From NCBI GenBank assembly GCA_035544015.1, contig DATKIP010000093.1, forward strand, positions 345,454-409,453: a stretch of 64,000 bases of DNA, given 5' to 3'. The notes beneath the pieces were generated by a model, which was not told the origin of the DNA, made no database searches, and saw only the letters and a program-made list of their open reading frames with translations. Every line of letters starts with the position of its first letter. Position 1 is the stretch's first letter. The position numbers and the translations under genes were made by a program. The stretch is from Candidatus Saccharimonadia bacterium (GTDB lineage Bacteria; Patescibacteriota; Saccharimonadia; UBA4664). Shown piece after piece: positions 59,384 to 64,000 of this stretch.

Positions 59384-62203
59384 ATGAACATTTCTACACT
59401 CCTAAGCCCCATCACGGCCATTTTTCAGATTATCGGCCTGGTGCTGTTTCATTTCTACGGTTGGGTCGTGGTGGTCGCGATCCTGGGCTATCTGTTGCTG
59501 CAAAACCGCCGCAAAACCAAGTGGATCAACACCACCGAAAACATCCTCTTGCTCGTGGAGGTCCCCAAAGACAACGAGAAAAAAGAGCTCTCAGCCGAGC
59601 AGATGTTCGCCTCACTCCATGGCATTTTGCGCCCCAAATCCGAACTAACCCGTGAAGGCTCCGTCCAGGAGCATGTTTCGTTCGAGATCGTCGCCCGGCG
59701 CAACTCGATCCAATTCTATGTCTGGACCCCTCGCCATCTCAAAGATTTTGTCGAAAGCCAGATCTACGCCCAATATCCCACGGTGCAGATCAAAGAAGGC
59801 CCCCAAGACTACGCCGCGGCCGATATCGCCGGCCGTACCATCTACGGCACCGAGCTCGGCCTCACCAAAGATACCCATCTGCCCATCAAAACCTTCGCCT
59901 CATTCGAGGTCGACCCGCTGGCCGGCATCACGGGCGTGCTCGCCAAACTCGAGCAAACGGGGGAGGAGGTGTGGATTCAAATTCTAGCCCGCCCCGTCGA
60001 CGACGCCTGGCAAGATCAGGGCAAATCCTACGTCGAAAACGTCAAAGCCGGCGGGGCCAAGGGCGGCCTCGGCTCACTATTCAAAAATAGCCTCCTCGAG
60101 CTCCCGTCCTATATCGTCAGCAATTTCTTTGGCGCACTGTTTGCGCCCCCCAGCTCCAAAGAAAAAGCCGCTCCCGGCAAAGTCGAGCTCGGCACCGGCC
60201 AACAAGCCGTCATCAAGGCGGTCGAAGAAAAAATCACCAAGCTCGGCTACGAGGTCAAAATCCGCATCGCCTACCTTGGTCCCGACGACGCCTCGGCTCG
60301 CCAGCGCCTCCAGGCCATCGTGGGCGGCTTCAAGCAATTCAACACCACCAACCTCAACGGCTTCACCAACGCCAGGATGTACAACTCACCCGAGTTCATC
60401 GGCGATTACCAAGCCCGGCTGTTTTTCGACACCGGCTATATCCTCAACATCGAGGAACTCGCTTCGCTCTACCACTTGCCCCACAAATCCGTCGAGACGC
60501 CCAATATGGTCTGGACCACCGCCAAAACCAGCGAACCACCCTCAAACATCCCGGTCGAAGGCATTGGCGAAGCCGGCGATCTGAGCCTGTTTGGCCTCAC
60601 CAACTTCCGCGGCCGTCACCTCAAATTCGGCATCAAGCGCAAAGACCGCGGCCGGCACATGTACATCATTGGCCAAACCGGGGCAGGAAAGTCGTTTCTG
60701 CTACAGCTCCTCACGCTGTCCGACATCTACCACGACGTCGGCTTTGCCATCGTCGACCCGCACGGCGACTACGCCACCGACATCATGAAGTACATCCCCG
60801 AACACCGTCTCAACGACGTCATCTACCTCAACCCGGCCGACCGCGAATTTCCCATGGCCTTCAACCCCATGGAAATCACCGACCCCGCCATGAAAGACCA
60901 CATCAGCTCCGAACTCGTGGGTGTACTCAAGCGCATGTTTGAGAGCTGGGGACCACGGCTCGAATACATCTTGCGCTACACCATCCTGGCCCTCCTCGAC
61001 CACCCCGACTCCACCATGCTCGACATTCCCCGCATGCTCAATGAGAAAGACTTCCGCAAAGAAGTCATCCGCAGCGTCCAAGACCCGGTCGTGAAAAGCT
61101 TCTGGGTCACAGAATTTGCCTCCTGGAACGAAAAATTCGCCTCCGAAGCCGTCGCTCCGGTACTCAATAAGGTCGGCGCGTTCGTAGCCAACCCCCTCGT
61201 GCGCAACATCATCGGTCAAAAAAAGAGCGCCTTCAACATCCGGCAAATTATGGATGAAGGCAAAATCCTGCTCGTAAACCTCAGCCGCGGTCAGGTCGGT
61301 GAAGACAACGCCGCCATTCTGGGCGCGCTCATGGTCACCAAAATCCAGCTGGCCGCCATGTCCCGCGCCGACATGCCGCTCGAAGACCGCCGGCCGTTTT
61401 ACCTCTACGTCGATGAGTTCCAAAACTTCGCCACCGACTCGTTCGCCGTCATCCTCTCCGAGGCGCGCAAGTACGGCCTCAATCTCACCGTCGCCAACCA
61501 ATACGTGTCCCAAATGCCCGAGGTCGTGCGCGACGCCGTCTTCGGCAACGTCGGCACCATGGTGAGCTTCCGCATCGGTCCCAGCGACTCCACCGTGCTC
61601 GGCAAATACTTCGAGCCCGTCTTCGAAGCTATCGACCTCACCAAGCTCCACAACCAAAATATCTTCATCTCCATGATCATCGACGGCGAAAAAGCCCCAC
61701 CGTTTTCCGCCGCCACCCTGCGCATGCCCGATCCCGAAAACGACCTCACGCCCACCATCATCCAGATGACCCGCGACCGACTCGCCTCGGCGCGCGCCGT
61801 CGTGGAAGCCGACATCCGGACTCGTACCGCCGGGGGACACGACGAAGGCAACCGGGCTGTCGGCGCTCCCGATCAAAAACCGAACAAAGATCTTCTCAAC
61901 GCCCTCAAGAATCCCACCCCGCCACCCGGCAGCCCGCGGACAGGGGAGCAGGGGAGTGCGCGCCGAACCGAACCGCCACGCCACGACAACCGCGGCGGAA
62001 ACCGGCCCAGCGGTGGCGGAGGAGGCGGCGGGGGACTCAGCAGCCGACCCGTCAGCCAGGATGTCCCCTACCGTCCCGCCGAGCGACGCGAGCCGGCGAT
62101 CCACCAGGCCGCCGCGCCCATTACAGCCGCCCCACCCGCGCCGCCGCCCGCCCAGCCCCCCGCAGGCAGCCTGGAGCCCGGCCAACCCATCAATTTGCGC
62201 TAA
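59384..62203 (+). CDS. TraD/VirD4/HerA-like membrane ATPase (type IV secretion coupling-protein-like)
   Basis: N-terminal TM; GQTGAGKS, DPHGD, YVDEFQNF, SEARKY, ANQY, GNVGT. Confidence 0.88.
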   Translation: MNISTLLSPITAIFQIIGLVLFHFYGWVVVVAILGYLLLQNRRKTKWINTTENILLLVEVPKDNEKKELSAEQMFASLHGILRPKSELTREGSVQEHVSFEIVARRNSIQFYVWTPRHLKDFVESQIYAQYPTVQIKEGPQDYAAADIAGRTIYGTELGLTKDTHLPIKTFASFEVDPLAGITGVLAKLEQTGEEVWIQILARPVDDAWQDQGKSYVENVKAGGAKGGLGSLFKNSLLELPSYIVSNFFGALFAPPSSKEKAAPGKVELGTGQQAVIKAVEEKITKLGYEVKIRIAYLGPDDASARQRLQAIVGGFKQFNTTNLNGFTNARMYNSPEFIGDYQARLFFDTGYILNIEELASLYHLPHKSVETPNMVWTTAKTSEPPSNIPVEGIGEAGDLSLFGLTNFRGRHLKFGIKRKDRGRHMYIIGQTGAGKSFLLQLLTLSDIYHDVGFAIVDPHGDYATDIMKYIPEHRLNDVIYLNPADREFPMAFNPMEITDPAMKDHISSELVGVLKRMFESWGPRLEYILRYTILALLDHPDSTMLDIPRMLNEKDFRKEVIRSVQDPVVKSFWVTEFASWNEKFASEAVAPVLNKVGAFVANPLVRNIIGQKKSAFNIRQIMDEGKILLVNLSRGQVGEDNAAILGALMVTKIQLAAMSRADMPLEDRRPFYLYVDEFQNFATDSFAVILSEARKYGLNLTVANQYVSQMPEVVRDAVFGNVGTMVSFRIGPSDSTVLGKYFEPVFEAIDLTKLHNQNIFISMIIDGEKAPPFSAATLRMPDPENDLTPTIIQMTRDRLASARAVVEADIRTRTAGGHDEGNRAVGAPDQKPNKDLLNALKNPTPPPGSPRTGEQGSARRTEPPRHDNRGGNRPSGGGGGGGGLSSRPVSQDVPYRPAERREPAIHQAAAPITAAPPAPPPAQPPAGSLEPGQPINLR

Positions 62204-62562
62204 TCCACCACCCCACAAACCAGAACAGCCTAAGTCGCAAACGGGAAGGAGTTAGAGTCCCGCACAACCCTTCACCAGAAGATTTGACCGACACCAAGCC
62301 AAGAAACCGGTACTACGTGTCATCTTCAATCGAAATGAGATTACGTCGCACAATGTATATTTTACGGCGCGAACCAGCTAAAACGCCATTTTAGAGCAAA
62401 AATCACCGTCAAAATCAGATCTTCAATTTTTCAAACTTTTTGCGTTTTTCTACCCCCCAACGAAAGGGGAATCTTCTTTCGCTCTCACTCGTTTACCCCC
62501 GTGCAAAAACCACCCAAACAGGCACATACAAAAACCGAACTTAAACTAGGGGAGTGGAAACA

Positions 62563-63369
62563 TCATTTATAGTACGCTTTGCCCGCGATGCGCAGGTCAA
62601 TGTATTCCGCCGGAGTACGCTTCTGGGCCACCAGCAGCCGCTGCACCGCCTGCAGATCGGCCAGCTCCTCAGGTACCTCCCTCCCCGTATCAAACAACAA
62701 GCGATACCCCTTGTTCGTCGTCGCCGCCAGATCCAGCGTCGTATCCTTAATATCAAGCCGCGCTACCTGTATCCCCGTCGCCGCCAACGCCGGCACCACC
62801 TGCCCGGCAAACGCCACGAAGTGCGCCGACACCGCTTTTTGGCCCACCTGCACCGGCAAGTTGCTGCCGTCGTACACCACCGGGAAAGCCGGCGCACCGA
62901 CGACCGTACCAATCACCGTACCGTCACGATCGAGCACATAGGTCTGATTACCCGTACTCCAGCCGAGGCTTGGCTGCTTCAGCGTCGCCGTCACCACGAT
63001 CGTATGCAGCCAGCGCCGCCGCACCGACACACTCCGCAGCAACGGATCATCTTGTTGTAATTTTGACACGAAGGCCCCATCGTCAAACGTCAGCAGGTTC
63101 CCCCACTGCCACCTACTCGCCACCAGTTTGCGCACCTCAGATTCAATTTCAGCCTTGCGCACCGGCGCTTCCACCTTCACGACGGTCAGCGCAAACAACT
63201 GCCCTATCCCCCACCCGGCCGCGATCACTAGCCCCAGCAGCACCAGGAGTCGCCGCTGCAATGGGCCCAGCCCCGGCGGCTTCACTCCCCTCCTGCGCGA
63301 CGGCCGAGCCAACGGCGCCGCCCGGCCATACACCTGCCGCCCTGATACCCTCACCCGTCGCTCATTCAT
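62563..63369 (-). CDS. ftsQ: FtsQ/DivIB-like cell division protein
   Basis: Basic N-tail, TM, POTRA-like region, EYIDLR C-terminus; follows murG. Confidence 0.8.
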   Translation of the reverse strand: MNERRVRVSGRQVYGRAAPLARPSRRRGVKPPGLGPLQRRLLVLLGLVIAAGWGIGQLFALTVVKVEAPVRKAEIESEVRKLVASRWQWGNLLTFDDGAFVSKLQQDDPLLRSVSVRRRWLHTIVVTATLKQPSLGWSTGNQTYVLDRDGTVIGTVVGAPAFPVVYDGSNLPVQVGQKAVSAHFVAFAGQVVPALAATGIQVARLDIKDTTLDLAATTNKGYRLLFDTGREVPEELADLQAVQRLLVAQKRTPAEYIDLRIAGKAYYK

Positions 63370-64000
63370 GCCCGAGACTCCGTGTTCGGTTTTTGTTTGC
63401 TCGAGCCAACCTGCTGCCCCACCTGCAAAACCAACCGAGCCAAATCCGCCGCCGCCGTGGGCCGCGAAAACGCGCCGATCGCCGCCGACAGCCGCGTCTG
63501 CTCGGCTTCATCGCCCAAAATGTGATCAATCTCTGCCACCAAACCACCGGCCGTCAAGCGCGCCCCATCAAGCACTCGCACCGCCCCTTGCCGGCTCAAA
63601 ACCCGCGCATTCTCCACCTGGTGCCCCGCCATCTCATAATTCGGAATCAAAATCGTTGGCTTACCCAGCGCTGCCGAATCATTGATCGTATTTACCCCCG
63701 CTCGGCCGATCACGAGGTCTGCCGCCGCCAGCGCCAACCCCATATCTGCCATCAGAAAACCATAAGGATGATACCGGTCCATATGCGGCTCTTTGCGCCG
63801 CCGGCTCAATTCAAAATTAATCCGTCCAATTTCACCCTCGCCGGCTTGGTGAATAAGTTGGTACTTGGCCAGCAATTCCGGCAGAGCCGCCAGGACCACG
63901 TTGTTGATCTGCGCCGCTCCCTGCGAACCACCCGTCACCAGCACCACGGGCAACGATTCCGTCAATTTGAAGTGCGCGATGCCCTCCAGCCGGTGCACCC
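63366..64000 (-). CDS. murG: MurG glycosyltransferase, C-terminal part (runs off the window)
   Basis: GGSQGA..IN, HQAG, ADLVIGRAG, P.ILIP, HQ.ENA. Confidence 0.92.
   Translation of the reverse strand, partial: VHRLEGIAHFKLTESLPVVLVTGGSQGAAQINNVVLAALPELLAKYQLIHQAGEGEIGRINFELSRRRKEPHMDRYHPYGFLMADMGLALAAADLVIGRAGVNTINDSAALGKPTILIPNYEMAGHQVENARVLSRQGAVRVLDGARLTAGGLVAEIDHILGDEAEQTRLSAAIGAFSRPTAAADLARLVLQVGQQVGSSKQKPNTESRA

Noticed and set aside
60701-62218. Long antisense or overlapping ORFs (e.g. 60701-62218, 27086-28150, 8850-9854, 8923-10074, 34162-35226)
   Set aside because: Shadow frames of well-supported genes in high-GC DNA, with no recognisable motifs.

Overview
GC-rich bacterial chromosome segment. 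The gene set (membrane-anchored ClpA/B, TraD/VirD4-like ATPase, sigma-r4/HARE-HTH protein, stand-alone receiver proteins, almost no biosynthesis) suggests Patescibacteria, probably Saccharibacteria; this placement is an inference. Most of the window is housekeeping: tRNA-Glu, scpAB, der, pth, dprA, dus, topA, PBP1A, prfB, ftsEX, pyrG, rpmA, xseAB, recO, glyQS, ftsQ, murG. The standout is 8.3-22.6 kb, which holds 16 highly divergent paralogues of a small membrane-anchored protein with a two-Cys, MmpS-like beta domain. Most sit in the same cassette: -10 box, then GTCTCG at the predicted +1, a leader with a strong Shine-Dalgarno, the ORF, a complementary CGAGAC, and a conserved RAYGGC/GCCRTY hairpin with no U-tract. 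The 5' and 3' ends co-vary from cassette to cassette, with G-U pairs that work only on the transcribed strand, so each mRNA looks built to close into a loop. Many housekeeping genes here instead look leaderless. Inside the array lies a promoter- and terminator-bounded ~240-nt minus-strand structured RNA that shows an anti-SD (CCUCC) in an apical loop. A second, unrelated ~75-bp inverted-repeat element occurs twice (829 and 35322). No database searches or folding programs were run; all calls come from reading motifs by eye.
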